Shown one piece after another: positions 24,901 to 38,170 of a stretch of DNA of 64,000 nucleotides. Each line of letters opens with the position of its first letter. Within the stretch, counting starts at the first letter, position 1. Made by a program: the position numbers and the translations under genes. This stretch comes from Amoebophrya sp. A120. Lineage: Eukaryota > Protista > Dinoflagellata. The notes beneath the pieces are model-generated. The model did not search any database, was not told the origin of the DNA, and worked only from the letters and a program-made list of their open reading frames with translations. The stretch spans positions 1,787,904 through 1,851,903 of the forward strand of contig CAJINV010000001.1 of the NCBI GenBank assembly GCA_905178155.1, in the 5' to 3' direction.

Positions 24901-27900
24901 TCAGTCGGAACGACATCAAGCACACGTCGTGCGTGGAGGCTGCAAGACCCTCCATTAACGTCACCCACCTCATCGCAACCGTCAGAGGGCAGGCGCAAAA
25001 CCCCTACACCAGTTTCGGGACGACTCTGAAACATCCTTCCCCATATTGCGCTGCGCGTCAGCAACTCCCCGATCGTTTCTACAGTTTGGCTTTCATCCCC
25101 AGCAAGCGCCGCGCTCGTACCAAAACCGTCCAACAAGCAGAATAACCGCTGATGTAGGGCCACGGCGAGACCAGGGTCTTTCGCACGAATCCGAAACTTC
25201 TGATCCGCAGAAAATTCAAACGCCACATCGTAGCTCGGCACTTCGCTTTCCATGATTGGCTGCAAGGTTGTCGTTGAACCTTTTATGGACATCAAGGACG
25301 AGGAACCAGTAGGATCCGTTGCCGCTGCAGCTCCCGCGTTGTGACACACCACCACGCCGGAAAAAAGGGGCTCGCCGGCTGCCAGGCCGGCAAAAGCGCG
25401 GACTTCGACAAGACTGTAGCAGCTATGTTCCATGCCGTTTACAATCCCCTTGTCTATGTCCTCGGAAAAATTTTCCAAGTTCGTCTCCGCAGAAAAAGGA
25501 AACCACAGGGGAGCAGCACGTAGGCCCATGCCGATGTCGTTCGACATGGCGTACAGGTGCAGCAGCGAGCGCGACGGTCCAACCAGCAACTGGCAAAGCA
25601 GATGGTAGGCAGTTTGAGGTCGCTTTAGCCTTTTTAGGCATGAACAACATCCGAGGAGGCCAGAGTCAGTGCGATTAAAGCTCGTCCAGACTGTCGTTGT
25701 GATCCTACTGTGGTATAGCTCTGTACTGTCAATCAGGGGATGATAAGATAAACCGCTTCCAGGAGGAGCCTCTGCTGTCGCCCCTGACGTTGGTATAGCC
25801 TTTTCTTTTCTAGATATCCAACCTGCAGCACTATCAGACTGCTCCAGTCTCCCAGACTGCAGCGGCGTTCGATTGTCCAATCTCGAAGTGCAAGAACCCG
25901 ACGCGCTTCCCTTTCGATGGCTCCTCCAAGGACTTGTCGTCCCAGAAAAATGCATTTGCCAGAAACGTGTGGAGGCAAAGGAGTTCTTGCGGGAACGCGC
26001 GGAGGCTTCTCGGACACAAAACTGCTGGAAGTTGTTCGTACCAGTGCTGGAAACAGGTTTTGAATGCGAATTTGATTGCCCACACGAGGAACGGCTCATA
26101 ATTCCTTGCGCGAGTTCTTCCAGAAGCTTCGTCATTCCCCACTGGTCACAAACGGCGTGCGACGCTGAGATAAGTATGTGAGTGACAATGGGATCGTCTT
26201 CATTTCTCTTGGACGAGGATGCGACCTCTCGGCTTCGGCGGGAGCGGTCGTGGGGGCTTTGCGTAGTGTCCTCGTCTCCTCGATCATCTTCGTTATTACC
26301 CCCTGCAGCATCGACAATCAAGGAGAATCGCCACAGAATGCACGTGCTTCCATCCTCAGCTTGAAAGAACTTGCGCTTTGAGTCTTGCTCCATTACCTTA
26401 TGGAGCGCCGATCTGCTCGCCGAGCAGTTATTCCCCGTCGCTGTAGTGCCGTGCGAGATTGGCATCGACGCGGACTCCTGTCGGACCACGCAAATCTCTG
26501 TATTTCCAGTTTCCGCATGATGATTCGCAGGTCCAAGAATGTTTTGCCAAAGAACTACCCGATCGCGCACCCACACCGGGCGGACCTGAAACGCATCATG
26601 CTGCTGAACTAACTCAAGAATGACGTCACGCCATTCAGAAACGGTGGCAACGCAGTTGCTCACACGCGCAAGCGTCTGCAATAGCACGCATTGTTCCGAA
26701 GCTTCCGTCAGTTCTAGCTTTAGAAATGCGTCTTGCGCTGCGGTCGGCGGAAACAACGCACCCACTCTTGACGCACGGGAGGAAGGCGGTGCTACTTTTG
26801 CCTCATTATGATCTTCCAAAGTAGATGCTGCTTCTTTAGATTCTCCTCGTCTACGTCCACTGTTCGTCGTCGTCAACACAGTCGTGTTTCCTGAAAACTC
26901 TGCAGCGGCAGCCGCCTGCACCTTCTCCCACAAGTCCGCCAAGGAATTTCTCTCATTCAAGAGATCGAAAACGCCCAGAATTCCATGGAGTTCGTGCGAA
27001 GTAGACGCGATAAACTGCACTGCCAGAGCGGAGGTCCCACCATGGTCGGCGAAGCTCAGATCTTCCTGCAAAAGGTCTGGCCGCGGTAGGTCTAACAGCT
27101 GCGCGATTGCCTGGAAAAAATGGAACTTGCTCGCGGTGCAAGATTTTTGTCGCCAGGAGGCGCTGGAGCTGGTGCCCTTTGCGCCGGAGCTCTTGCTCTC
27201 TTCCTCCACACGTCCTTTCTGCGAGACAATGCTCCGTAAGGCTGGCAGCGCAACTTTTGACGTGATCGAATGTCGCGGGATCTCTTCCAGGAAAATCAGA
27301 GGCACGCCGCGCGTCAGTTGCCGAATTCGCAAAATGTCTTTCTCGCGAAACGGAACCACACACAGGGCCTTGGAGTCGAAGATGCAAGTGTCTCTTGTCA
27401 AATCGCGCACCGCCCGCATGGCCTGCTCAAAATTCACCCAGACGCCGCTGACTTTTACGCCGTTAGTATTTCCAGTGTCGGTTACATCACGACCGAGGTA
27501 GAAAAACGCTCGATGGTTTTTGTTTATTGTCGATTCTTGCACATCTTCCTCGTTAATAGCCAAGCGAATCCTGTCGCCGGTGCCAAAAAAATTGCTGTTT
27601 TCGACGTGTGGCCTGATGTCGTCGTCCTGATCGACGTAGCCAGCAAAGACCGCGCTTCCGGAGACGGCAAGCGTAGCGGTTTCATCTGCGGAGACCCTCC
27701 ATTCCAGCTCAGTACGGTCGGCAATGCACTGGAACGGTTCGGAGATTTTCGTACGGTAGAAAGACAACCAGTATTCCGTAGCCAGGAGTAAATCCAGGAA
27801 AATGAGTGGCGGGGGTGGAGGGCGGGGCAGCTGTAGTTGTCCGCCTTCCGATGCTGGTACCGTCGAGTGAGTCGTGTTTAGAGGTGGGTCCGGGTAGCGC

Positions 27901-29411
27901 GCGTTGTTCTCAAGAACATCAACAGGAGATTTTTTCTGCAAAATCTTCATCCCAAACTTCTTCTGTCTCCTCGAAACTTCTTCGTGACAGGCCTCGCCCC
28001 AAGAGATTGCCACACGGAGGCAGTCTGGAACCAGGATCCGTTTCCACGTGCTCGGGGTGAGCCCCGCGATGTGAATGTCATGGCTTTCGAGGAAATTTGG
28101 CTGGGCTAGCTCTTCGGCGTCCAGCACGACGAGCGTACCGCGCAGGGAAAGTGTCAGGTCAATCTGTCCGAAAACAGCGGCACCCCAGGCGAAGGCCGAC
28201 GGCTGGAGAACGCGGGGCGCAGCTCCTTCCTGTTTCATCTCGACGTCGAAGTTACATTTTTCGAAAAGCCGGGGGTAGCAGCTGAGCTCGGCCTGGACCA
28301 TCCTCCGAGTGCAGCGCGCCACTTTCAATTTGGACTGGCCGGTGGTCCCGCCCGTGGCACACAGGCACACGACCCCGTCCCGAGCATTCGCTTCCGCACG
28401 ACGCTGCTGCTCATCCCCGACGGTGGTGGTAATTCTCGTATGGTCTGATTGTAGCTCCTCTTCATGTGGTGCTGCTGCTGCAGAGGCACTGGTTGAGGGA
28501 GACACGTTCTTGATGCCTTGTAGTTCCCTGGTCGGGGAGGTGGACGAGGAGGTCAGATCCCTCGATAATTCCCGCAAAATTCCTCCGACGCGGACCCGCT
28601 CCAGGATAAAGCCTGGCGCCTCCGTCTCGGCCGCCGCGACGTTGATTCGAGACGCAGCAGCCTGACCAAAGATTTTTTCAGGCTGGGCAACATTCGGTCT
28701 ACCTGCTTCAGAAACATCTGCATCGTCTTTTCGTACCAGTAGCACTGTAGTCCCTGCTGCCAAAGCCAGCGTATTCACTGTCAGGTTGTAAGGTCCTGCG
28801 GAATCGTGATTGATGTGGTGCAGCTCCTGGTCGTTACTAGTAGGAGCAAACCCAGCACTAGGAGCCCCTTTATTTGCCATCAACCCACTCCTTTCCGACA
28901 ACAGCCGCACGACCGAATCCTTGGAGTCCGCAACAAGGATGTCCGGCCGCACAGTTTGCAAAGCCCGCCGGCTCCAGTCGGCGTTGCTGGGATCCAGAAA
29001 GAGGAGCGCGCATTCGAGTCGGGAGCAGGCGACATAGATCGCGTACCAAGCTGCGCAGCGCCGTCGCGGCCACAGACAGGCGACGACCCGCCCTGATAGG
29101 CCACCTTTGTCCAGTTTGCAACTCGTCGTGGTGGTTTCTTCATAGGCTGTGGTAGTGGTTCCGGTTTGGGAATAAAGTTCGCCACAATAATTTCGAATAA
29201 GTTCCACTTCGATCTTCCTGCTCAATTCCTCCAGTTCCGCATAGGTGAGCTGGGTGAAGACCACGGGCTGAGATTTTGGTGTGGCAGACGAGTTGCGCTT
29301 GTTTGACTCTACTTCCGTCGTCGCCGTTGTAAGTCTCGATGTTTGCACTATTTCGATCGCGCAGCGGTCTGGAACTTCGCGCGCGAGAGCCACCGTATAC
29401 GCGTCTACCAT
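15963..29411 (-). CDS. Non-ribosomal peptide synthetase-like megaenzyme, A-T-C-A-TM-T-C, ~4100 aa, 6 exons
   Basis: A1 (TGGTTG, TGD, TSKV); T1 (GGTS, ~27035); C1 (SHAVCDQ, ~26150); A2 (TSGTTGRPK, YGQTE, RTGD, GRKDSQVKLQG, TGKI); hydrophobic TM block ~20610-21200; T2 (LDSL, ~19595); C2 (LIKRHVGLRLSF, THGVADG ~18125, LARKHGVTL). Exons ~29411-20199, 19883-18812, 18665-17251, 17004-16935, 16676-16539 and 16369-15963 join in frame. Confidence 0.8.
16375..16538. mobile_element. Introner (164 bp), TCCCC TSD
   Basis: Left TATGAAATGCAAAAG; right rc TATCCTGTGCAAAAG. TCCCC at 16370-16374 and 16539-16543. Removal gives SSVG-KVSD in frame. Related to 62500-62659 and 41945-42118. Confidence 0.85.
16682..16934. 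mobile_element. Introner (253 bp), 30-bp TIR, TGGTG TSD
   Basis: TATGAAGTGCAAATATGTCTGGGTCTGGAA vs rc TATGGATTGCAAAAATGTCTGGGTCTGGAA. TGGTG at 16677-16681 and 16935-16939. Removal gives SYRTIRAN in frame. Five GCATGACA copies inside. Confidence 0.92.
17008..17248. mobile_element. Introner (241 bp), ~55-bp TIR, ACCTG TSD
   Basis: Left CATGGAGTTCTCAAGCGTCACACTCTCAACTGTTGCGTGAATTTGT vs right rc TATGGCGCTCTCAACTGTTACATTCTCAGCTGTTGCGTGAATTTGT. ACCTG at 17003-17007 and 17249-17253. This yields a GT-AG intron at 17005-17250. Confidence 0.88.
19889..20198. mobile_element. Introner (310 bp), ~56-bp TIR
   Basis: TATGG..TGTCAGGATTGAAATCGACAAAGTTGAAAGAATCTGTGATGCATAAAA vs rc TATGG..TGTCAGGGTTGAAATTGACAAAGTTGAAAAATTTGTGATGCGTAAAA. 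Flanks CGCCC/CGCCT. Removal fuses the 3099-aa ORF to ORF 18798-19871 (EGKA-AKLSMAYY). Confidence 0.92.
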
Positions 29412-32400
29412 TTTGCTCTTCCCGCACTACCAAAGGCATGCCGGCGGAGGGGACTAGGGAAAAGCAAAGCGTGGCTGTAATGGTAGCAGAGGCTACTTTA
29501 TGTGATGTTGTATAGCTGCGGGGGGCTATTTTTGTGTGTACAGGTCAAGTTTATTGTTTTTACCCTGCCCCTGATAGTACTAGCAACCGTGCGGGCGATT
29601 TGCGACAACTGCTGACTCTTCGGGAAGAGAGAGTGAGAGAAGATCATTTTTACCATACTGTAGATCAATCTTCACTTTGTTTAGCGCTACTGCTACCTTG
29701 GGCAAGGAACCAAAATCATCAACATACCCGTACCATTCATCAAAAACTAGCGATGAAAAAAATAAAATGGGCCTCGTAAAGCACGACCCAAAACGCAATT
29801 ACTTAACGCACGGCACCGCGGCTATGTCATCTGTTTCATCTCCTTATCATCGCCTTCGTAGCAAGCTTCTTCAATATTGCGTCGGCGCTGGTCATGCAGG
29901 GATTGGGATCACCTTCGGTTTCATATTTGATTTCATGCCACAACAGAATCTTCTTCAAGAGCTCAGATCCGGCACTACTCTTGGTTCAATTCTTTATCTC
30001 CACCTGGATCACGATCACTTTGTTCTCTGCCACGTGGATGAACTTACGACCACAAGAGCCTTCACACGCGTGATCTTCACGATCTCACACGGAAAAAACT
30101 ACAACCAACATGCACAACATCCAAATCGATGGAATTTTGATAGGATGAAGAGCGAGGCGATCTCGAAAAAAAGATGTACTTTCTAGACACATATCAAACC
30201 ACAATTACACTACCGACTGACATCACTTTTTCTCCTTGATGTTCCTCGTTATATCTTGATTTTGGAGCACCTTAGTGTCAATCTGGATCTGCCGGCATAT
30301 GAATCTGAACGGACAGCTTCACCATTTTATCAAGATATCTACCCCCAGAACACATACAAAGTAGACCCAAACACACGACATGACTATCGCATCAGCCTCT
30401 GCCTCATACAGCTGGAGATGATTCAGTGCCAAATTCTCTACCATTTCATCGTTGTTTCGGTAGCAAACGAATAGTATTACTACCATGGTACGTTTTTTAC
30501 ACATTCACTTAAACTTTCATCTATCACATGATCTGATGTGATTGTCCTCAGAATGAACTTCAGGTCGTCGATGAGATGAAGTCTGGGTTGTTCGCGGCTT
30601 CATCTAAACTCTATACGGGGCATCCAGTCGTTGTCTTGTACGCTCATCGGTTTAATATGTAGTCCTTGTTTCTTGGGCGGGCGGAAGCGAATGAAGGTCA
30701 GCGTCGTCTTGTCCATGTCAATCAGAGCTTGGGCTTGCTTTTAGTTTCAGGATGCTTAGTAGCGAAGCGCCCTGCAGCACCCGAAGTTTATCTCAGGGAA
30801 ACAACTACGGGAGGTCAGCGCATGGCGACATCCCCTGCCCCCTCAGCTTTCGCGTTTCACACCACGGCAATCAATGAAGAACCTGTCTCGTGATTTTCTC
30901 TTGTTTTTTGAATACCGGGGTGTGATCACAGCTTCATCGCGATCGCTGCAGCAGGAGAGGAAGAGAGGATGTTGTTGAGTAGACGCCTTTCCAGGGAGAC
31001 CACGCGCACAAATTCCGTGTGTGTAGTCAAGTTGAAATTCTTGCAGTGATGTGGTCCACTCATATTTACGGCGCGGCCTGGGCCCCATACTCGGATTCTT
31101 TGCGGCCCCGCATTTGTTTCGAAACATGGTGAAAGGCAATTTTCATCTTCATATTGAAATCACAGTGACGGCTTCATCTATCGCGTCCTCGAGAAGGAAG
31201 AGGTAATAGCTGTGTATTCAATACAGGTGGACATGCTACGTAGTTGTATCAATTTGAATTTCTGGGGCTATTGACAAACGCAAGTGCTGATAGCGCTGAG
31301 CGTATGTTGGCCATGGACTTTTGGATATTCATATTGGAAAAGAGCGTAAAAATTTAAGCAAGTCGCGGTGGCATTGGCGAGAAAATTTGTGTCGTAAAGG
31401 CCGACATTATTGAAAATTAAGCGATTAATATCATGCTGTTGGTGCTATTCTGGTCGTTGTTGTACTTCAACTTCTATTTCGTGTTGACGAAATATGTTGA
31501 ACCTACATATCTGGATTTTATCAGTCCTTCTCCTGCTCAAGCAGAAAAAGAAAAAGTTGAAAGGACAAGACGGCTGACCTTTCGCTCTCGCCCACCAGCA
31601 GAGAGACACTACTTTTTTCGGGGGTCTGCATTGCAAATAGCAGACGAAGTCGTGATTTCTCGATTTTTGCTTTTGTTCACCACTAAGATTGTCTTTTTCT
31701 TGTGTGACGGTGAAAGTACTTAAAACGCTAAGTGACTCGTGAGAAGGATGAAATAGGAGTCCTCACGTCGATGATTATGATTTTATTTTTTCTCAGCAAG
31801 ATACATTTTAGTAAGTGCTATGCTGGAAGCAGGTCGCCATCTTCGAAATAAATATGGCGCCCATCGGAGGTGATACCAGAAATAGAAGATGAAGTTAGTT
31901 GATGAAGAAGAAGAAAGATAATAAGTTCAAAGTGTAGAAGGTAGTTGGATATACTGAATACTAGACAACCCAGGATATTAACGATTGACATCGCATTCAA
32001 ATAGAGTGTTTCGACTGTGTGTGGGGGGGGTTCTTTGTTCGTGTCGCCTCGTCCGCCCGTGTATTCCGTAGAACTCGTTGTCGTCGTCGTTTTGGTCGTA
32101 GAAAGTAGAAAAAAAATATCTAGACCACATGCCGCTTGTTACATTTCCAAAAAGACTAAATTTGATGAACATTCGCAAAGTATTAGAAGAAGTGCACACA
32201 TAAGAGTGAAAACGGCACGCCCAAAGTCCGGACGACTATAGTCGGACTTCAAAAAAAGGGCCCGATCCGGCGTCCGATGACCCGCTCAAGTGATGGCTTT
32301 CTGGCGACACTGACACTCTTTTTCATGATATTGAGATTCAGAATCAAATGAAAACGCATACTGTACGGTCGTAGTTTTTGGTTTTGATGTTTAAACTAGT

Positions 32401-32565
32401 ATATGAGTACATTTGATAAATTTTCCGTGATAGTTTTTCTATTTGCCAAAGAGTCAACAATATCAGTACAAGTCCAGTTCTGTTCTAATACTCTACTGTA
32501 GTTGATGAATACTTCTGAAGATCATCACAGCAAGAAAACTACTTACTACCCGCACTAAAGCTCTA

Positions 32566-35500
32566 CTAGGTACTGTAGCTGCATTGTGTTGGTCGGTGCT
32601 GCAGAATCGCTTCCGGAATGAGCATCTCTGGGTGAAACTTCTGGATTTCCAGCAAGAAGTAGCAGCGGAGCTGCATTTCGCCTAAGTTCGGGATGTTCTC
32701 AAATTCCAGAACGATCTTGCGCTCGGCCACACGGACTTTGCCCGGACTGTAGAGGTTCTTAAACAAAGGGTGCTGCAGTGCGGAATCCACGTCGATGCGC
32801 TCGGCCGCGTCAAGCATCTGAACGGGATTGATTTTGATATTGTTTATTTCCGTTTGTTCAACACATGACAGACAGAACTCTCTACCAGGGTGGGAATACA
32901 GACGATATTGTATACCATTTTGCTCATGCTACCTCCCCACCAGACACATCACGATAACGTTTACGTTGACGATCACGAAAACACACCATGAAAAAACTAC
33001 GGATCATCAAGTATTGTACCAGCATCTTGTCAAGCAAGTCTAGTGCTTCTGGACTAGAGCCTTGGAACCGCGGAAGCTCTTCCCAGTTTAGGCGCCTGCG
33101 CTCACGGAAACAGCGGACGTACCTTTTTTTTCAAAGTGAAACTCTTGAATGCAAATGACCACATCTCCCATAGACTGTGGTCCTTCAATAGTGTTGCGCT
33201 TGTGTTGTACAATTTGAAGAAAAGTGCAAGAAGAGAGAATTTCCCGTGCTGTTGCAGTTGAATTGTAGCACAATTATACCTCTTCGCGTCAATTTTGTCT
33301 AGTTTCTCGATTGTGTCCTGGCTTGGAGTGCCGAGAATGTTGAAAATGACGTTCAGCTGGTCCCGCGATTGCCTATTGTAATAGTACTGGTATTCCTTGT
33401 CGTGCTCCTTGTGGGGGGATAGCGGGTAGCACGTGTTGCCCTGTTTTTTTTTTGGTTACTCAAACGTCGACGTTCTGCATTGTGCTTGTTTTCAAGATGT
33501 GAGATACACAATATGCTACTGCATCAAAAAAAAGGCAATTATGCCGGGAGCTGCAAGATGAAATTCAATGAATTATAAATGCGGCGACGTGTCCTGCACT
33601 TTTTTTATTGTTTCAGCATGAAAATCATACCTGAAACAGTGGGCTGCGTTCTTTCGGGTGGGGGTAATTCTGTTGTATCATGCCCAGTAGTTCTGCAAAA
33701 ATGCAACCCAGTGACCAAACGTCTATCTGTTCCGTGTAGTTTTCTTGGAGGAGAATCAACTCCGGCGCACGGTACCTGCGGAGCGAGTAGTAGTTCTTAA
33801 TTTGCATTGCGCACCATGGGAAGGACTTTAGATGAGATGTCTTAGCCCAAGTGACGCAGAACAAACGCGATGGGGTCTCGTGCCGCACTTTAATATTGTT
33901 CCGGCAGCGATGGCAAAAACTTTTCTATATCATTGCTCCAAATGATCACAAAACACGTAGAAGCAGCACTAAAACGTACCATCTAGTGACCACGTGCCCA
34001 GTGAGACGTCGCTGTTTTTCTGTGGACGATCCGTTGTCTTCCATGCTTGAGGGATACCTGATGAAGCGAGGGAGTTTACAATTCAGCCATGTTGCACCAC
34101 AGGATGGATTTCTGGCATGGTTAGCCGAAGCATCAGTTACATTTCTGGCTTGGAAAGCAGCATCTTCATGCACCACAAAATTATAGAAAAAAGCGTGCTA
34201 CGCAACGAAGCAAGTCTTTCCCGAAAAGACTGGCATGAAGCAGTATTCCACTTACCCATTGCTGTCGATGTTTGACAACATGTCGTTTTCCGGGTCCACC
34301 ACTGGGCGGCTGAGTCCAAAATCGCAGACCTTCACCGAGCAGTCCCGGTTGACGAGGCAGTTTGCGGGCTTCAGGTCGCGGTGGTAAATGCCAGCGGAGT
34401 GGATGTATTTCAAACCGCAGAGCGTGTTAAACAACAACGTGACCACATGGTTCTCGGAGAGGAACTCGGGGAGCTTGAAAAGCTTCTTCAAATCCGAGTC
34501 GCACAACTCCAATACGAGGTACAGTTCGGTAAAATTCATGGGATCCTCCGGGACGCAAACGTCGATCAGCTTCACCACCCTCGGGTCATCCAGGAAGCCG
34601 AGAATCGCGATTTCTCGCAGGAGCCGCTTGCAGTCGATCAAATCTTCAAAGATGCGCTTGATTTTCTTGATCGCCACAGACCGCCCCGTCTCTTGGTCCA
34701 GGGCGTGGCACACTTTACCTGGAAATTATATATACGCAAGGCGTCGTGCTGGGGGCCTAGCATACGAGCAAGGACATGTTGAAGTGATGGTAAGTAGCTA
34801 CAACACTCGACAATTATCAGAGAAAGAAACCTTTGTCACGCAATAAAATAAACAAAATCGTACCATAACTCCCACTCCCGATAACTTTGACCAGCTTGTA
34901 CCGTGGCGGCACAGCCCATTTCTCGGAGGAGCCACCGCCCGCACTACTGCTGTCATGGTTGTAATTCCCATTGTTTTCAACGCGCACACGCCTCTGCTGC
35001 TGCTGCTGCGCGTTCCCCTGCTGCTGTTGCTGCTGTTGACTTTGGCTCGCGTGCTGTTGCTGTTGTGCCGCAGCTGCTTGGTGTTGCTGCTGTCGTGCGG
35101 CCATTGCAGCGGCTTGCTGCTGCGCGGCGGCCTGGTGTTGGGCTGCTTGTTGAGCCGCTGCCGCGGCGGCTGCGTGTTGCTGCTGGGCTGCGGCCACAGC
35201 CACGGCTTGTTGATGTTGCTGCTGTAACGCTGCCTGTTGGGCCGCCATCTGCTGCGCGGCTAAGTGCTGCTGCTGCCCGCTAGTAGCAGACTGCTGGTGC
35301 TGCTGTTGTTGCCCGTTGCGTGCGGCTGCCTCGTTGTATTGTTGCTGAATGGCCATCTGAACGTCGGGATTTCCGGTGGTGGCGGCAATTTGCATCGCCT
35401 GCCGGTACGGATGGTCAAACGGAAACTGGCTCGCTGCGAGCGCGACCTCGGGTTGGGCCAACGGATTATGCTGCCCTTGGAGGTACTGCCCGTTCGGATT

Positions 35501-35913
35501 CACGTGCTGTGCCTGTAGTTGTACGGAGAAAAAGAGCTGCAGTCGAGAATGTAAATTCAAACCACAAGGGAATACGTATACACAAACTTTGGCTGCAAGC
35601 TAAAAAGGTAGTACCGCACCAGGTGGACGCACTTGCTTTTGCTTCAGTTCCAAAAATTTCAAGGAAAAAAATAAAGACGAGGAATCCTGTTGTTCGGCAA
35701 TTTTACCGGCGGTCCAGGGGCGGTGTAATTTTGCACCGTACAGTGTCTGTTGTTTGGAATCAATCGCTGTTGCTCATTTGGTATCCGCAGAGAAAAACAC
35801 ATCCACTTCTATTTTTTGCATGACAAAAACATGACTTGATACGTGTTTCGCATGACAAATTGGATGTGGATGGGTTTTTTTCTGTGGATATTTGGTTCGC
35901 CCCCGTGGCGCAT
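32566..35913 (-). CDS. Atypical alveolate MAP kinase (TGH activation loop) with a Gln/Ala-rich N-terminus, multi-exon
   Basis: [67 protein letters not shown]. Several GT-AG introns. The start at 35913 (MRHGGEPN) is inferred via the introner join. Confidence 0.85.
34995..35330 (-). repeat. CAG/CAA/GCN-rich low-complexity coding repeat (poly-Q/A)
   Basis: QQQQHQQ...AAAAAAAQQ...QQQQQQQ in the MAPK N-terminal exon. Confidence 0.85.
35782..35890. mobile_element. Introner (109 bp), 30-bp TIR, TTTGG TSD
   Basis: TATCCGCAGAGAAAAACACATCCACTTCTA vs rc TATCCACAGAAAAAAACCCATCCACATCCA. TTTGG at 35777-35781 and 35891-35895. CATGAC motifs at 35818, 35829 and 35850. Confidence 0.9.
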
Positions 35914-38170
35914 AGTTGCTCAACTGAATCCAAGGCACTTGACGAAGTTTCTGTAGGTACGTCGTCTGGAGAAGACCAGGTCCGCTTCGTGCTGTTGCTG
36001 GTTGCTTTTCTCGAAAGCCAAGGACTTCTTCTACTCCGGAGCCGCCGATACAAAATTCTACGTAGGTGAAGTTCTTGTTGTCCTCCTTAACCCACTGCCA
36101 CTCTGCAGTTACTCTACCAGTACAACTCCTGATGATTCAAACAAATCTGATTTGCTGCCGATGAAACTACGCGGTAAACCGTTGACTGATGGACGGGAGA
36201 TGAGGTCCTTTTTCCTTACCCGCTTGAGGAGGATGTTGATTCTGCCCGAGGGGATGTTGATGATGATGGTGTTGTTTTTTTACGTATTCAGAATTTGCAG
36301 GCTTGTTGTATTTCAGCGGCGACCTGATATACTATTCATAAATTTGTTTCCAGTTGGCCTTGTTATCGTCCTCTAACAGGCAATAGGTTTTCGGGAAAGA
36401 GCCTACTCGTGGCTTGCTCGACGGGCTATCAATCCTGACCCTTCTGAAGTCCTCAATATCCAACCCAAGTACAGTGATGAAAGTCCTTGGAAAAGTTGTC
36501 CCAATACTAGATGTGTGACAGTAGTCTAGTTCCAATCAACTACAACTTGTTTTCCCGCCTTTCGTTGTTCTTTCTACTTTGGATTGCAAAATCAGACAAA
36601 ATTGATGAATTTGCTAAAAAATCATGATTTAGAGGGTCGTCACTTCCGAGCTCTAGAGAAAGTTCGTGGGTATTCTAAAAGTGTATTTTTGTGTTTCTAT
36701 GTTCTTGGGACAACAACGACAAGAAGTTACAACTTTCGAAGCATTTTCAGCTTTCAGCCGATAAAAAATGCCAAGGGAGAAGTCCTCATAATTCTACAAG
36801 TTTTCTTCTTACGTGTCACGACAAACGTGGTCCAAAACCAAAATAAAGAGGCCACAATCTTCTACGTATACGTCTACACGATCGCGAGTAGCATTGAAAA
36901 AATTATATTATGTATTGACTTTTTTTTGTATCCGCGGCCTCACTGTAAGATTAGCGTTAATTATCGTCTGCACTTCATGGTGAAAAATCTTCGGAGGCAA
37001 AAACAAAATACGCGCGGCTATTCAAGTCTCGTTGGATCGACGTTATTCAGGAGAAGTCCAAGCCACAAAAAAGTGGTCCAACAGGGTTGCTCTTAGGACT
37101 ACGAAAGAACTGATCCAACCCGAATCTTCTCGTCAAACTAAAAACTATAAAGATAAACTAGAGCTGCACGTTCTTCGCGACGTCTAGGCCTAGGAACACT
37201 ACAACGATCTTCACGCGACTATCTATACGATGTTGATCTTGAAACCAGGCAAGGAATAAATAGAAACGAGATCCACCCTTGTTGTTCTTTTCTGCTCTAG
37301 CAGCTCGGGCTCGACATAGTCATTGTATAACACGAGATCTTCATTGAATTGCTGGTCGTCGCCTTCGGGAAAGAAATGCTATAATTGTGAGTCATAATTG
37401 AATAAAGTGTCACATCAAGAAGGATGTGGGTACTTATCAGCGAAAAAATTCTCGATCAACACAAGCGCGTAAGGCCGTTGTTCTAGTACCTGACGTCGTT
37501 TCGATCGAGATCCTCGAAGCAGTAAGCAACGACGTCAGAAGCTGCAACTAGGGAGATGTACTTAATAGGGGAACATCATTGGAATTTTACAAGTGCCCTG
37601 CCTTTCTCGCCGGCGGATGGAAAAACAAAAAGCCACTGGCCAGAGGACAGAGAAAGCCTGCTTTCCTCGCGGTTTACGGCAGCGCCTCGAAGCTGCTGTT
37701 GCTACATCCATGTGATGTTTTGCAGTATTTTTTTTTTTCGGTAAAAAATCATTCAAAGAAGATGTTCTGTCGCCTAAAGTCAAAGTGAGGAGTCGTTGTC
37801 GTTGTTCGTCAGGATATTAAAGACGTACAAGCTAAGTACGCCAGAACGGCAACCTGCTCCAACAAAGATCCTTGCCTTTAAAATTCCACAAAGAAAAATA
37901 TTTTTTTCATCCATTTTTGTTTTTCAACACTACGTAGTAAGTAAGTTCCATTCATACATAGTTGTAAACGCCGCTCGTGCGACGTCACACCTCCATCGCA
38001 TCCGTATCTTCGCCTGCTAAATGATACATATGCTTTTTCGTGTTTGATTCTCCTTCATCTTCCGTAGACGAAGTTCATTCCGTACGATTACGAAGAAGTT
38101 TCTCCATAATTAGGGTCAGAGAATCCATCACCCGAAGCGACGCAAGCCCAACCATCCCAACATCGTGCAT

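Noticed and set aside
29500-31800. Short ORFs and splice-like signals upstream of the NRPS
   Set aside because: The exon joins I tried hit stops and there is no recognisable domain; left unannotated.
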